Source: Natronomonas sp.
GTDB lineage: Archaea; Halobacteriota; Halobacteria; Halobacteriales; Haloarculaceae
NCBI RefSeq assembly: GCF_036625485.1
Contig: NZ_JAZKTR010000001.1
Coordinates: 1-61,820 of the forward strand
DNA: 61,820 bases
Reading direction: 5' to 3'
Made by a program: the position numbers and the translations under genes. Positions within the stretch are counted from its first letter, which is position 1; every line of letters begins with the position of its first letter. Positions 46,028 to 56,594 of this stretch are shown here, in pieces. Below the pieces are notes generated by a model. The model ran no database searches. It saw only the letters and a program-made list of their open reading frames with translations, and was not told the DNA's origin.

Positions 46028-46798
46028 TCAAGCGGGGACAGCTCGGTCGCCGTCCCAGTCGACGCGTCCCTCGTAGGCGAGCTTTTCGAGGTGTGCACGA
46101 ACGGTGGCCGCCGCGAGGTCACGGACGCCCGAGAGGTCCTTCACGTAGGCGGCATCGAGTATCTCCGCGAGGGTTTCGTTGCCGGCCGAAACGGCATCGA
46201 GGACGCGCCGCTCGCGGTCGAGTCGGTGTCCGATGAGTCGGTCGCAGGTCGCGCGTGGGTCGTCGATAACGGGGCCGTGACCCGGATAGATGCGGTCGGG
46301 CGCCATACCGATAACCCGCCGAAGGGAGGTGATGTAGGCGCGCATATCGCCGTCGGGTGGGCCGACGACGACGCTGCCGGCGGCGACGGCGAGGTCGCCG
46401 GCGACGAGGTCGCCGGCAGCCTCGAAGGCGACGTGTTCGCGTGCGTGACCGGGGGTCTCACGAACGACGACGGGGCCGCGTCCGGTGTCGATACGGGTTC
46501 CCTCACGGAACGTGCGGTCCGGTTCGGCGTCGGTCGCGTCGACGAAGGCGTCCTCGCGACCGTAGCGACACCAGACGGTGGCGTCGGTGATGGCGGCGTA
46601 GTCGGCGACGGCGCCGACGTGGTCGGGGTGGTGGTGGGTGACGGCGACGTGGCCGACCCGGTCGAGTTGCGCTTCGATGCGCTCGTCGGGCGCCGGTGGG
46701 TCGACGAGCAGGGCGTCGTCGGTGCCGAGAACGTAGGCGGCGGTCCGTCCCGTCGGCGCACGGGTCGGCACGTCCACGGGAATCCGCTCGATGTGCAT
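46028..46798 (-). CDS. MBL-fold metallohydrolase (LACTB2-like)
   Basis: THHHPDH, TPGH, AGD, PGHG, C-terminal wH. Confidence 0.9.
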   Translation of the reverse strand: MHIERIPVDVPTRAPTGRTAAYVLGTDDALLVDPPAPDERIEAQLDRVGHVAVTHHHPDHVGAVADYAAITDATVWCRYGREDAFVDATDAEPDRTFREGTRIDTGRGPVVVRETPGHAREHVAFEAAGDLVAGDLAVAAGSVVVGPPDGDMRAYITSLRRVIGMAPDRIYPGHGPVIDDPRATCDRLIGHRLDRERRVLDAVSAGNETLAEILDAAYVKDLSGVRDLAAATVRAHLEKLAYEGRVDWDGDRAVPA

Positions 46799-46864
46799 AC
46801 CGAAGGGTACGACGGCGGGGGCTTAAGAGTGGGCGGCGGGAGGTCCGCCCAGAAAGTGGAGTTA

Positions 46865-47143
46865 TTACTCGGTCAGGAAGTAGACCTGCTTGCGGGCGTC
46901 GTGGAAGGAGTACCGGGAGTCGACGAGATCCTCCTCTTCGAGACGGTTGAGCGCGTAGCGGACCGTCCGATCGGGCAGGAGCGATTCCTCGGCGAGTTGG
47001 CCCTGCGAAAGCGGCGAGGCGCCTTCAAGCACCTTGGCGACGAGTTTGGCGCTCGGGGGGAGTTCGCGAAGGGTATCGCGGAACTCGGGATCTGATAGTG
47101 GCGAGTCGGTCTGGCGTGAGCGTTCCTCCGTGGTCGTGCTCAT
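46865..47143 (-). CDS. Small MarR-like HTH regulator
   Basis: LPPSAKLV, LSQGQLAEESLLPDRTVRYAL. Confidence 0.85.
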   Translation of the reverse strand: MSTTTEERSRQTDSPLSDPEFRDTLRELPPSAKLVAKVLEGASPLSQGQLAEESLLPDRTVRYALNRLEEEDLVDSRYSFHDARKQVYFLTE

Positions 47144-47489
47144 ACTGCCCCCTGTGGGAAACCTACTGGTAAAACTTCGCTATATGTGTGACAAAACAAT
47201 ACGTACACTTGGGTGTGTATAATGACCCCTTATACATTGAACGCTTACATGGTATGCGCTGGCAACAATTGCGGCAAGAAATGTGGGTGAAACGCCGGTT
47301 CTTCACGGTTCTTTCATATACTATCGGCCGGCGACTGTGCTGTGGTCCCACCCACCACCGACAATATAGTCTGTATTCTGGTACGTTTTCCGAGAACCGA
47401 CCCTTCGTTGAGAGTTTCGATTCGGAGGGGGTTCGGCGACGTTTCCGGACCGACCTGGCGGTTATCCGGCTGGCGCGCGACGGCCCTGC

Positions 47490-47897
47490 ATGGAGCGGAT
47501 CCCCGAACGATTCCACGGACTGTTCGACACGGAAACTATCGCTCACTTCTCGACGCTCATGCCGGATGGAACGCCCCATTCGACGCCGGTCTGGGTCGAT
47601 TACGACGCCGAGGCGAACCACGTGCTCGTCAACACGGCGCGGGGCCGACGGAAGGTCGACAACGTCGAGCGGGACCCGAAGGTCGGCGTGAGCATGTGCG
47701 ACCCCGAGGACCCGTACCGGTACGTCTCCGTGCGGGGCGTCGTCGACGAGGTGACCGAGGAGGGGGCCGTCGACCATATCGACGCGCTCGCGAGGCGTTA
47801 TATGGGGGTCGACGAGTATCCACACCACGGCGACGAATCGGGCGCGCGCGTGCTGATCAAGACACGCCCTACCCGGGTCGTCACGGCCGGCGACTGA
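47490..47897 (+). CDS. PPOX-class F420-dependent oxidoreductase
   Basis: STLMPDGTPHSTPVW, RRKVDNVERDPKV, YVSVRG. Confidence 0.88.
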   Translation: MERIPERFHGLFDTETIAHFSTLMPDGTPHSTPVWVDYDAEANHVLVNTARGRRKVDNVERDPKVGVSMCDPEDPYRYVSVRGVVDEVTEEGAVDHIDALARRYMGVDEYPHHGDESGARVLIKTRPTRVVTAGD

Positions 47898-48065
47898 TAC
47901 GGTCGGCTGTAACTATCTTAACACGTGTTCGATTTCCGGAGCTTCGTCCCCTCTGGGTCCCCGCCTCTCGGGACCATCTTCACGGAATTACGGCCGACAG
48001 TATGACCCCTCGAGGGCGTCGTATCCAGCATCCTTTTATGCTGTGGGCGGGTCGAATCGGATAAC

Positions 48066-48776
48066 GTGAAGGGACAGGAGTGGTATCAGGCGGACGATAT
48101 CGCGGAAGCGTACGACGAGAAGCGCTTCTCCCAGGGCGGCCGCTTCATCGACCGCCGCGAGAAGCAGGCGGTACTCGACGCGCTGGCGCCGCTGGAGGAC
48201 AAGAAGATCCTCGAAGTCGCGTGCGGAACCGGCCGCTTTACTGTCATGCTCGCCGAGCAGGGCGCGGATATCGTCGGGATGGATATCTCCGAGGCCATGC
48301 TCGAACAGGGCCGCAAGAAGGCCCACGCCGCCGGCCTCGAGGAGACGCTCCAGTTCATGCAGGGCGACGCCGGCCGCCTTCCCTTCCCCGACGATCACTT
48401 CGATGCCGTCTTCGCCATGCGCTTTTTCCACCTCGCGCCGGACCCCGAGGGCTTCATCAAGGAGATGCGCCGGGTCACGAGCGAACAGGTCTTCTTCGAT
48501 ACCTTCAACCGCTATTCGACCCGCTCGATCTACAACTGGGCGCTGCCGATGGGGTCGCGGCTCTACTCCGAACGCGAGGTCAAGGAACTCGTCGTCGGCG
48601 CCGAACTCGAACTCGTCGACGCCGGCCACGATTTCGTCTTCCCCTACGGCTTCTATCGGGAGGTGCCGGGCTGGCTGGCCCGCCCGTTCCGGAAGTTCGA
48701 CCAGACGCTCGGCCGCACGCCCGTCGGCGATAAACTCGCCTCGGTCTCCTACTGGGATACGCGCGTCACCGAATAA
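48066..48776 (+). CDS. Class I SAM-dependent methyltransferase
   Basis: LEVACGTG, DISEAML, LPFPDDHFD. Confidence 0.9.
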   Translation: MKGQEWYQADDIAEAYDEKRFSQGGRFIDRREKQAVLDALAPLEDKKILEVACGTGRFTVMLAEQGADIVGMDISEAMLEQGRKKAHAAGLEETLQFMQGDAGRLPFPDDHFDAVFAMRFFHLAPDPEGFIKEMRRVTSEQVFFDTFNRYSTRSIYNWALPMGSRLYSEREVKELVVGAELELVDAGHDFVFPYGFYREVPGWLARPFRKFDQTLGRTPVGDKLASVSYWDTRVTE

Positions 48777-48830
48777 CTCGGTTAGCCGCCACCCGCGGAA
48801 CTTTTAGGCATCGGCCCCGCTATCCGGGGT

Positions 48831-49730
48831 ATGGACATCTCGGTGGTCGTCCCGACGCTCAACGACCGCGACGAGCTTCGCCGCTGTCTCGACGCGCTCG
48901 CCGCGGAGGCCCCCACCGAAATCATCGTCGTCAACGGCCCCTCGACGGACGGTACCTCCGGCATGGTCCGGGAGCGCGAGGACGTGGCGGTCCTCGTCGA
49001 GATCGACGAACGGAACGCCAACGTCGCCCGTAACGCCGGCCTCGACCGGAGCCGCGGCGACGCCGTCGCCTTCGTCAACCCGGGGCTGACCGTCGAGGAG
49101 GGCTGGCGCGAGGCGGCCCTCGAGACGCTCGCTGAGGCGGACGTGGCTACCGGCCCCACCCACGAGGAGCTACGCGCCGGCGTCGCCACCGACACCGTCG
49201 AATCACGCACCATCCGTGGCCGTTCTATCACCTACTTCAATGGCGGCAACGTCGCCTTCGACCGCGCGGTCATCGAGGCCATCGACGGCTTTGACGAGTA
49301 TCTCGACACCGGCGGGGCCCGCGATGCCGCCCACCGACTCGCCGGCCAGGATTTCGGCATCGCGTGGAGTTCGGAGATGTGCGTTTCCCGGGAGACGGCC
49401 GCCGACGGCGGCCTCGACGAACGCGACTGGACCTCGCGATACCGGTCGCTTTCCTACCGGCTGGCGAAGAACTACGGCTTCCATCCGACCGTCGGTTTCC
49501 GGACGGTCCGCCACGCGATGGGCGATGCCTACCGCGCGCTCCGAGACGTCGCCAGCGGCGAGGCCAAACCGACGAGCTGGTTCGGCAACGGCCGAAGCGT
49601 CCTCGTCGGCAGCGTCGGCGGCTACGCGGATGGCCTCCGCGCACGCTACACCGACCGGAGCCCCAAGCGGAACCCGAACGGCTGGTCGGACCGCGCCGAC
49701 CGGGCGGTCGCAGTTTACGATAACAGATAA
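48831..49730 (+). CDS. Glycosyltransferase family 2 protein
   Basis: ISVVVPTLN, STDGT, ARNAG, GFDE; DxD position reads FVN. Confidence 0.85.
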   Translation: MDISVVVPTLNDRDELRRCLDALAAEAPTEIIVVNGPSTDGTSGMVREREDVAVLVEIDERNANVARNAGLDRSRGDAVAFVNPGLTVEEGWREAALETLAEADVATGPTHEELRAGVATDTVESRTIRGRSITYFNGGNVAFDRAVIEAIDGFDEYLDTGGARDAAHRLAGQDFGIAWSSEMCVSRETAADGGLDERDWTSRYRSLSYRLAKNYGFHPTVGFRTVRHAMGDAYRALRDVASGEAKPTSWFGNGRSVLVGSVGGYADGLRARYTDRSPKRNPNGWSDRADRAVAVYDNR

Positions 49731-49820
49731 ACCCCCCGACGCGAGCCGCTTTGAGGACTTCCCATCGTTCGGTCGTTACGGAACTTTTATATAGAACTGC
49801 TGACCACATATTCAATGAAC

Positions 49821-51401
49821 ATGTCACAGCAGATGCGCCAGCGGCGCGGTCAGCCGCTTTTCATTCTCAGCGAGGACACGGAGCGTACCCGTGGCAAGGA
49901 CGCCCAATCGTCGAACATCACCGCCGGGAAGGCCGTAAGCGAGTCCGTACGGACGACGCTCGGCCCCCGCGGGATGGACAAGATGCTGGTCTCCGATTCC
50001 GGCGACGTCGTCATCACCAACGACGGCGCGACCATCCTGCAGGAGATGGACATCGAGCACCCGGCCGCACAGATGATCGTCGAGGTCGCTCAGACACAGG
50101 AAGAGGAGGTCGGTGACGGCACCACGACCGCCTCCGTGCTGGCCGGCCAGCTCCTCGCGCAGGCCGAGGACCTGCTGGACGACGACGTCCACCCGACGAC
50201 CATCGTCGAGGGCTACCGAGCGGCTGCCGACCTCGCGCTCGAAGCCATCGAGGACGTCACCCTCGCGGACGACGTCGACGAGGACGAACTCCGCGCAGTC
50301 GCGGAATCCTCCATGACCGGCAAGGGTACCGGCGACATCGACGCCGCCGCCCTCGCCGAAACCGTCGTCGATGCCGTCCTCCAGGTCCGAAGCGAAGAGG
50401 GCATCGACCGCGACGCCATCACCATCCGCACCCAGACGGGTGCCGGCGCCTCCGCGACCGAACTCGTCCAGGGTGTCATCAGCGAGGAAGAGCCCCTCCA
50501 CGAGGACATGCCCCGCGCCTTCGAGGACGCCTCCGTCGCCGTCCTCGACCTCGACCTCGAGGTACGCGAGGCCGAGATCGACGCCGAATACGACATCTCC
50601 GACGTCGACCAGCTGAACGCCGCCATCGAGGCCGAGGAATCCGAACTCCGCGGCTACGCCGAGTCGGTCGCCGACGCCGGCGTCGACGTCGCCTTCGTCA
50701 CCGGTGACATCGACGACGTCGTCGCCTCGTATCTCGCCAAAAAGGGCGTTCTCGCCTTCGACGGCGTCGACGACGACGAAGCGGCCTCCATCGCCCGCGC
50801 GACCGGCGCGCGGACCGTCGGCACTCTCTCGGACCTCGACAGCGAGGTTCTCGGCGAGGCCGACTCCATCAGTGTCCAGAAGTTCGGCGACGACGAACTC
50901 GCCTTCATCGAGGGCGGCACGGCCGCGAAGACGGTGACCGTCTTCGCCCGCGGCGGCACCGAACACGTCGCTGACGAACTCGAGCGCGCGCTCCGTGACG
51001 CACTCGACGTCGTCACCGCAGCCATCGAGGAAGGCGGCGTCGTGCCCGGCGCCGGCGCGACCGAGATCGCCATCGCCGACCACATCCGCTCGGAGTCCGC
51101 AGCCGTCGAGGGCCGTCGCCAGCTGGCCATCGAGGCCTTCGCCGACGCCGTCGACGTCCTGCCGCGCACCCTCGCCGAGAACACGGGTGCCGACCCCATC
51201 GACGCGCTGGTCGACCTCCGCTCGACCCACGACGCCGAGGGCCGCGCCGGCCTCATCAGCGAAGGCCAGACCGGCAACGTCGGCGACCCCGTCGAACACG
51301 GCATCCTCGACCCCGCCGCAGTCAAGCGCGAGGCCGTCGAAGCCGCGACCGAAGCGGCGACGATGATCGTCCGCATCGACGACGTCATCTCCGCGAGCTA
51401 A
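49821..51401 (+). CDS. Thermosome (group II chaperonin) subunit
   Basis: [34 protein letters not shown]. Confidence 0.96.
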   Translation: MSQQMRQRRGQPLFILSEDTERTRGKDAQSSNITAGKAVSESVRTTLGPRGMDKMLVSDSGDVVITNDGATILQEMDIEHPAAQMIVEVAQTQEEEVGDGTTTASVLAGQLLAQAEDLLDDDVHPTTIVEGYRAAADLALEAIEDVTLADDVDEDELRAVAESSMTGKGTGDIDAAALAETVVDAVLQVRSEEGIDRDAITIRTQTGAGASATELVQGVISEEEPLHEDMPRAFEDASVAVLDLDLEVREAEIDAEYDISDVDQLNAAIEAEESELRGYAESVADAGVDVAFVTGDIDDVVASYLAKKGVLAFDGVDDDEAASIARATGARTVGTLSDLDSEVLGEADSISVQKFGDDELAFIEGGTAAKTVTVFARGGTEHVADELERALRDALDVVTAAIEEGGVVPGAGATEIAIADHIRSESAAVEGRRQLAIEAFADAVDVLPRTLAENTGADPIDALVDLRSTHDAEGRAGLISEGQTGNVGDPVEHGILDPAAVKREAVEAATEAATMIVRIDDVISAS

Positions 51402-51522
51402 GGCCCGCCGCTTCGCGTCTGTCCCGCTTTCCGACTATCGATTTTCTTTCGACGCCACTCCGGTAGCTTCGCATCTCACCGCGCCCCTCGCGTTTTTGAC
51501 CGCTCGCCGCGAGGAATCGGGT

Positions 51523-52245
51523 ATGGGACGACTCGACGACGAGACGGTCATCGTAACCGGTGCTAGCCGCGGCCTCGGGGCCGAGATGGCGAAACGGTTC
51601 GCCCGCGAGGGCGCCAACACCGTACTGTCGGCCCGGAGCGCCGACGACCTGCAGGCGGTGGCCAACGAGGTCGACGGCGAGACGCTGGTCGTGACTGCCG
51701 ACGTGACCGACGAGGAATCGGTCGAAGAACTGGTCGCCGCGACAGTCGACGAATACGGCGACCTGACGGGGCTGGTCAACAACGCCGCGACCGGCCTGTT
51801 GACACTCTACGACGAGTTGCGGGAGGTACCCGATATCGACGCCGAGGACTGGCGACACATCCTGGAGGTCAACACGACCGGGCCGTTCCTCTGTGCGAAG
51901 CACGCCATTCCCGAGATGGACCGGGGCAACGTCATCAACATCTCCTCGGGGCTGGGCCGCCGCGGCGAGGCCGGCTGGGCGCCCTACGTCGCCTCGAAGT
52001 GGGCGCTGGAGGGGTTCTCGCGGACGCTCGCCTACGAAGTCGAACCGGATATCAACGTCAACTGTCTGGACCCCGGCGGCCGCGCGGAGACGGGCTTCTG
52101 GGACCACCTGCCCGAGGAAGAACGAGAGGGGATTCTCGACCCCGACGTGATGAACGACGCGGCTGTCCTCCTACTCGAACAGGAACCGGGTGGCGTGACG
52201 GCCGAATCGATGCCGGCGGGTGACTGGGAAGAGCGACTGGGCTGA
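51523..52245 (+). CDS. Short-chain dehydrogenase/reductase
   Basis: TGASRGLG, NNAA, YVASK. Confidence 0.92.
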   Translation: MGRLDDETVIVTGASRGLGAEMAKRFAREGANTVLSARSADDLQAVANEVDGETLVVTADVTDEESVEELVAATVDEYGDLTGLVNNAATGLLTLYDELREVPDIDAEDWRHILEVNTTGPFLCAKHAIPEMDRGNVINISSGLGRRGEAGWAPYVASKWALEGFSRTLAYEVEPDINVNCLDPGGRAETGFWDHLPEEEREGILDPDVMNDAAVLLLEQEPGGVTAESMPAGDWEERLG

Positions 52246-52299
52246 TCGCGGCAGTCACCGTATCGACGGGTACACAAGCGGCGAACTCCCAGCGCGCGT

Positions 52300-53421
52300 A
52301 TGAGCGAACTCAGCGTCGAACCGGTCGAATCGGTCGACGACGCGGACGTGCCGGCGGGTATCGACGCCCCCGAATACGTCCTCTACGGCGGCAAGGGCGG
52401 CGTCGGGAAGACCACCTGCGCGGCCGCGACGGGCCTGGCCAGCGCCCGCGACGGGACGGCCACGCTCGTCGTCTCGACGGACCCCGCCCACTCGCTTTCG
52501 GACACGCTGGGCACCGACATCCCCTCGGAGCCCGCCAAGATCAAGGACGATATCCCGCTGTTCGCGGTCGAGATCGACCCGGAGGCCGCGCCTGAAGGGC
52601 CCTTCACGGCCGGAGCCGAGGGCGGGCCGCAGGCCGAAGGTGGGGCCGACGCGGACGCCGGCGGTTTCGGCCCGATGGGTGGTGACGATGGGATGGGTGG
52701 CATGGGCGGTATGGCAGAGATGCTCGGTGGCGGTGGCCACCCGCTCGCTGGCGGGGCGATGCCCGGTGCCGACGAAGCCGCGGCGATGCAGTTACTGCTG
52801 GAGTACCTCGACGACCCGCGATTCGACCGCGTCGTCGTCGACACCGCCCCGACCGGCCACACCCTCCGACTGCTCGAACTCCCAGACGTGATGGATTCGA
52901 TGGTCGGTCGTCTGCTTTCATTCCGTGAGAAACTCTCGGGGATGGCCGGCAGTCTCAGCAACCTCGGCGGCCTCTTCGGCGGCGACGACCCCGAGGCCGA
53001 GATGGACCAGGGGATGGACGACCTGAAGGAACTCTCGGCGAAGATCGAGCGCCTGCGCGCGGCGCTTCGGGACCCCGCCCGCACCGACTTCCGGGTCGTG
53101 ATGGTTCCGGAGGAGATGAGCGTCGTCGAAAGCGAACGTCTCATCGACCGCTTAGAGGAGTTCGGCATTCCGGTCAACACCGTCGTCGTCAACCGCGTCA
53201 GCGAGGACCTCGCCGACGTCGCGGACTTCGACGAGGACTGGTTCGTCGCGCCGGACACCGAGCACTGTGAGTTCTGTCAACGGCGCTGGGAGGTCCAGCG
53301 AAACGCCCTCAAGCGAGCGCAGGAACTGTTCCGCGGCCGGGACGTCAAGCGGGTTCCCCTCTTCGCGGAGCCCGTCCACGGTGAGGCGATGCTCGGTGTC
53401 GTTGCGGCCTGTCTGGAGTAA
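52300..53421 (+). CDS. Get3/TRC40-type ArsA-family ATPase
   Basis: GKGGVGKTT, STDPAHS, DTAPTGH, Met-rich insert, CEFC motif. Confidence 0.92.
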   Translation: MSELSVEPVESVDDADVPAGIDAPEYVLYGGKGGVGKTTCAAATGLASARDGTATLVVSTDPAHSLSDTLGTDIPSEPAKIKDDIPLFAVEIDPEAAPEGPFTAGAEGGPQAEGGADADAGGFGPMGGDDGMGGMGGMAEMLGGGGHPLAGGAMPGADEAAAMQLLLEYLDDPRFDRVVVDTAPTGHTLRLLELPDVMDSMVGRLLSFREKLSGMAGSLSNLGGLFGGDDPEAEMDQGMDDLKELSAKIERLRAALRDPARTDFRVVMVPEEMSVVESERLIDRLEEFGIPVNTVVVNRVSEDLADVADFDEDWFVAPDTEHCEFCQRRWEVQRNALKRAQELFRGRDVKRVPLFAEPVHGEAMLGVVAACLE

Positions 53422-53436
53422 GCACGGGGCCGAGGC

Positions 53437-53607
53437 TCAGATGATACGCGACAGGGAGACGCCGAGGCCGACGACGAGCGCCGCGATGACGCCCTGCATG
53501 ACGGCGTTGATAACATCACCGTTGAGAACGTTCACGACGGCCATGGCGGCGAACAGCAATGCTACCATGACGTGTACTCCGATTATGGCGATGTCTCGAG
53601 CGTCCAC
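53437..53607 (-). CDS. 56-aa two-TM small protein
   Basis: GTG start; VDARDIAIIGVHVMVALLFAAMAVVNVLNGDVINAVMQGVIAALVVGLGVSLSRII. Confidence 0.6.
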   Translation of the reverse strand: MDARDIAIIGVHVMVALLFAAMAVVNVLNGDVINAVMQGVIAALVVGLGVSLSRII

Positions 53608-53666
53608 GCCGGGCGTTCGACGGGCGCGAACAAAACCATAACGGCTGTAAAGCCGTTTCACCGGGT

Positions 53667-54968
53667 TCAGCGCCCAATTTGACCGAGAATCACGACACGC
53701 AGGTCGTTGACGTTCGTCCCCGTCGGTCCGGTCCGGAGCAACGCGTCGCGAGCATCGAGGAACGGATAGCTGTCGTTGTCGTCGAGCGCCCGTCGAGCGG
53801 CCTCTTCGTCCCCCTCGCCAACCGTTCCGGCGTCGACGATGGCGCCGGCGGCGTCGGTACTTCCGTCGCTGCCGTCGGTATCGACCGCCGCGAAGACGGT
53901 CCGATCGGGCGCGCCCAGGCCCGCCGCCAGCGCCCATTCGAGGTTCGGCCCGCCCGTCCCGTCGCCGGTTACCGTCACCGTCGTTTCGCCCCCCGACAAC
54001 AGGACTGCCGGCGGGGAAACCGGATTGCCCGACTCGAGGGCTTCCGTGGCGACGGCGGCGTGGAACCGTCCCGCTTCGCTTGCTTCCCCTTCGATTCGAG
54101 TCGAGAGCAGGCACGGTTCGTAGTCCGCTTCGCGTGCCACACCGATTGCGGCGTCGATGGCGTCCCGGCCCGAGGCGATGACGTGGTTGTCGACGGTGAG
54201 TGTGGGAGCGGGTTCGTAATCCGCGGCTTCTAGCCACGCCACGATCTCCGGGGCGTTGACGCCGTACTGTTCGAGCACCGCGAGGGCCACCTCGGGGTCG
54301 ACGGCGGCGGGGACGGTCGGGCCGCTGGCGATAACGCTCGGGTCGTCGCCGACCACGTCGCTGACGAGCATGCCGACGACGGGCGCGGGCGCGGCCGCCA
54401 CCGCGAGGCCGCCGCCCTTGATGTCCGAGCAGGCCCGCCGGACGGTGTTCACGTCCTCGATCGGCGCGCCCGCATCGAGCAGATGGTCGGTGACTCGCTG
54501 TAGCGCATCGAGCGAAAGACCGTCGGCCGGCGCACATAGCAGGGCGCTGCCGCCGCCGGTAATCGCCGCGAGAACGAGCGTCCGGTCGTCGGCCGTCTCG
54601 GCCGCTTGGAGAACTGCTTCGGCGCTGGTGACGCTGTCCTCGTCGGGCGTCGGGTGGCCGCCCGTCCGGACGGTCACGCGCTCGGGGTCGGCGGTCAGTT
54701 CGTTCGTCACGACGACGCCGCTATCGATGCGGTCGCCGAGCACTGCTTCGAGGCCCGCCGCGAGGTCATCGGCGGCCTTGCCGCCGCCGAGAACGAGGAT
54801 GTGGTCGAAGGTATCGAGATCGTATTCTTCGCCCCGGATGTGGAGGGTGTCGCCCGCGAGTCGGCAATGGCGGCGTACCGCGGTCTCGGGGCTGGCGGCG
54901 TCGATGCCCGCCCGTAGACAGTGGACGGCGAGTTTGCGGGCCGGCGTCTTCGGGTCGCGGTCGAACAC
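53667..54968 (-). CDS. Glycerate 2-kinase (MOFRL family)
   Basis: GKAA, GHP.PD, TGGGSAL, IKGG, SDVVGD, SGPT, GGETTV, TGPTGTNVND. Confidence 0.92.
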   Translation of the reverse strand: MFDRDPKTPARKLAVHCLRAGIDAASPETAVRRHCRLAGDTLHIRGEEYDLDTFDHILVLGGGKAADDLAAGLEAVLGDRIDSGVVVTNELTADPERVTVRTGGHPTPDEDSVTSAEAVLQAAETADDRTLVLAAITGGGSALLCAPADGLSLDALQRVTDHLLDAGAPIEDVNTVRRACSDIKGGGLAVAAAPAPVVGMLVSDVVGDDPSVIASGPTVPAAVDPEVALAVLEQYGVNAPEIVAWLEAADYEPAPTLTVDNHVIASGRDAIDAAIGVAREADYEPCLLSTRIEGEASEAGRFHAAVATEALESGNPVSPPAVLLSGGETTVTVTGDGTGGPNLEWALAAGLGAPDRTVFAAVDTDGSDGSTDAAGAIVDAGTVGEGDEEAARRALDDNDSYPFLDARDALLRTGPTGTNVNDLRVVILGQIGR

Positions 54969-54969
54969 G

Positions 54970-55797
54970 TTACGAGGTGAACTTCCGGACGGCCGCGAAG
55001 ACCCGGTCGCTCAGCGGGTCGGGCAGGTGGCTGGCGAGCAACAGCGCCTGTGCGACGGTACCGACCGGGTAGCGCGGGTCGGGGTCCGGCGTGACCGCCG
55101 CCTCGACGATGACCTCGGCGACCTCGGCGGGGTGGACCGCGATGGGGCTGTCGCCGCCGAACAGCGAGGCGTCCTCCTGGAACTCGTAGAGGTCCTCGTA
55201 GGCGTCGGTGCGGTCGAGGCGGCCGAGTTCGTCGCCGACCCGGTCGCGGAACGACGTCTCGACGGGGCCGGGCTGGACGACGCTCACGTCGACGCCGAAG
55301 GGTTCGACCTCCAGGCGCAGCGAGTCGCTGTAGCCCTCCATCGCGTGTTTCGAGGCGGAGTAGGCGCCCATCCCGGGCGTGGCGAGGCGGCCGGCGACCG
55401 AGGAGACGTTGACTATGGTGCCGTCCTCGCGTTCACGCATGTGCGGGAGGACCTCCCTAACGAGGCGGTGGGGGCCGAAGACGTTCACCTCGAACTGTTT
55501 GGCGAAGAGGTCGTCGTCGATGTCCTCCAGCGGGCCGTGCTGGCCGTAGCCGGCGTTGTTCACGAGGGCGTCGATGCGGCCCTCCTCTTCGATGATGCGG
55601 TCGACGACACGCTCGACGTCCTCGCGGTCGGTCACGTCGATGGTGCCGATGTCACAGCCCGCCTCGCCGAGTTGCTGGATGTCGGCGGGATTGCGTGCGG
55701 TCGCGTAGACTTGCCACTCCTCGTCGAGAAAGGCGTAGGCCGCCGCCCGGCCGATGCCCGACGAACAGCCAGTGATCAGAACCGTCCGATTGCTCAT
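54970..55797 (-). CDS. Short-chain dehydrogenase/reductase
   Basis: TGCSSGIG, NNAG, YSASK. Confidence 0.92.
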   Translation of the reverse strand: MSNRTVLITGCSSGIGRAAAYAFLDEEWQVYATARNPADIQQLGEAGCDIGTIDVTDREDVERVVDRIIEEEGRIDALVNNAGYGQHGPLEDIDDDLFAKQFEVNVFGPHRLVREVLPHMREREDGTIVNVSSVAGRLATPGMGAYSASKHAMEGYSDSLRLEVEPFGVDVSVVQPGPVETSFRDRVGDELGRLDRTDAYEDLYEFQEDASLFGGDSPIAVHPAEVAEVIVEAAVTPDPDPRYPVGTVAQALLLASHLPDPLSDRVFAAVRKFTS

Positions 55798-55856
55798 GTT
55801 GGGTGGGTCGGCGGGCCGGTAGTTAGGCGTTAAGGTCCCGGCGTCCTCTCGGCCGA

Positions 55857-56594
55857 CTACAGGTCGTCCTTCAGGTCGTCGGCGTACTGGTCGGCGAGTC
55901 GCGTCGGCCGCGGAAGCTTATATTGCCCGCCCGAAGCCTCGACGCAGTCGACGGCAGTATCAGCCGACAGCCGGTGGCCCGCCGAGACGTAGAGCGGGTT
56001 GATCTTCGTCGAATCGGGGTACTGCCGGCTCTGGTAGGCGTAGCCGACCGTCTCACCGTCGGGTGCAGTCATCGAGTCGTCGGCCTCGATAGCGACGCGG
56101 GCGCCTGCGGGCAGCGAATCGACCGAGCGTCGTGGCTCGCCACACAGGAGGTTCTTGGCGACGCCGACCGCGGGCGTCTCGAAGATGACGCCGATGTGGG
56201 TCGCGATGCCGGCCTCCCTGAAGTGGATGCGGCCGCTGCCGTCCAGCACGAGCAGGTCGGGGTCGACGTCGAGGTTTTCGAGGGCGGCGACGATGGGTTC
56301 GCCCTCGCGGAAGGCCAGCAGGCCCGGAATGTAGGGGATCTCCAGGGGCGTGACGGCGTGCGATTGGGCGACGATTTCCTCGCCGCGCAACACGACGACG
56401 GCCGACAGCGCCCGGTCGTCGAGGAACGCCTGGTCGACGCCCGCGACGAGCACGTCGCCGGCCGGGATGTCGTCGGGGTCGAAATCGACGTCGTCGGTGA
56501 AGACGGCCGTCTCGGCGATGTCGCGTTGCATCGCCTCCATCTCCTCGCGGGAGAGGGCGGGGTCCGGGAGGAACCGCTCCCGTTCGACCTTCAT
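55857..56594 (-). CDS. nfi: Endonuclease V
   Basis: AGVD, PYIPGLLAFRE, LDGSGRIH, GVAK, YVSAGH, PTRLAD. Confidence 0.93.
   Translation of the reverse strand: MKVERERFLPDPALSREEMEAMQRDIAETAVFTDDVDFDPDDIPAGDVLVAGVDQAFLDDRALSAVVVLRGEEIVAQSHAVTPLEIPYIPGLLAFREGEPIVAALENLDVDPDLLVLDGSGRIHFREAGIATHIGVIFETPAVGVAKNLLCGEPRRSVDSLPAGARVAIEADDSMTAPDGETVGYAYQSRQYPDSTKINPLYVSAGHRLSADTAVDCVEASGGQYKLPRPTRLADQYADDLKDDL

Noticed and set aside
44262-46031. 589-aa ORF suggesting a large TRAM fusion
   Set aside because: Only the last 130 aa are credible; the rest overlaps YkgJ and the membrane gene out of frame.
52300-53421. ArsA as arsenic resistance
   Set aside because: Single ATPase domain with Met-rich insert and CxxC and no ars genes nearby; fits Get3/TRC40 type.
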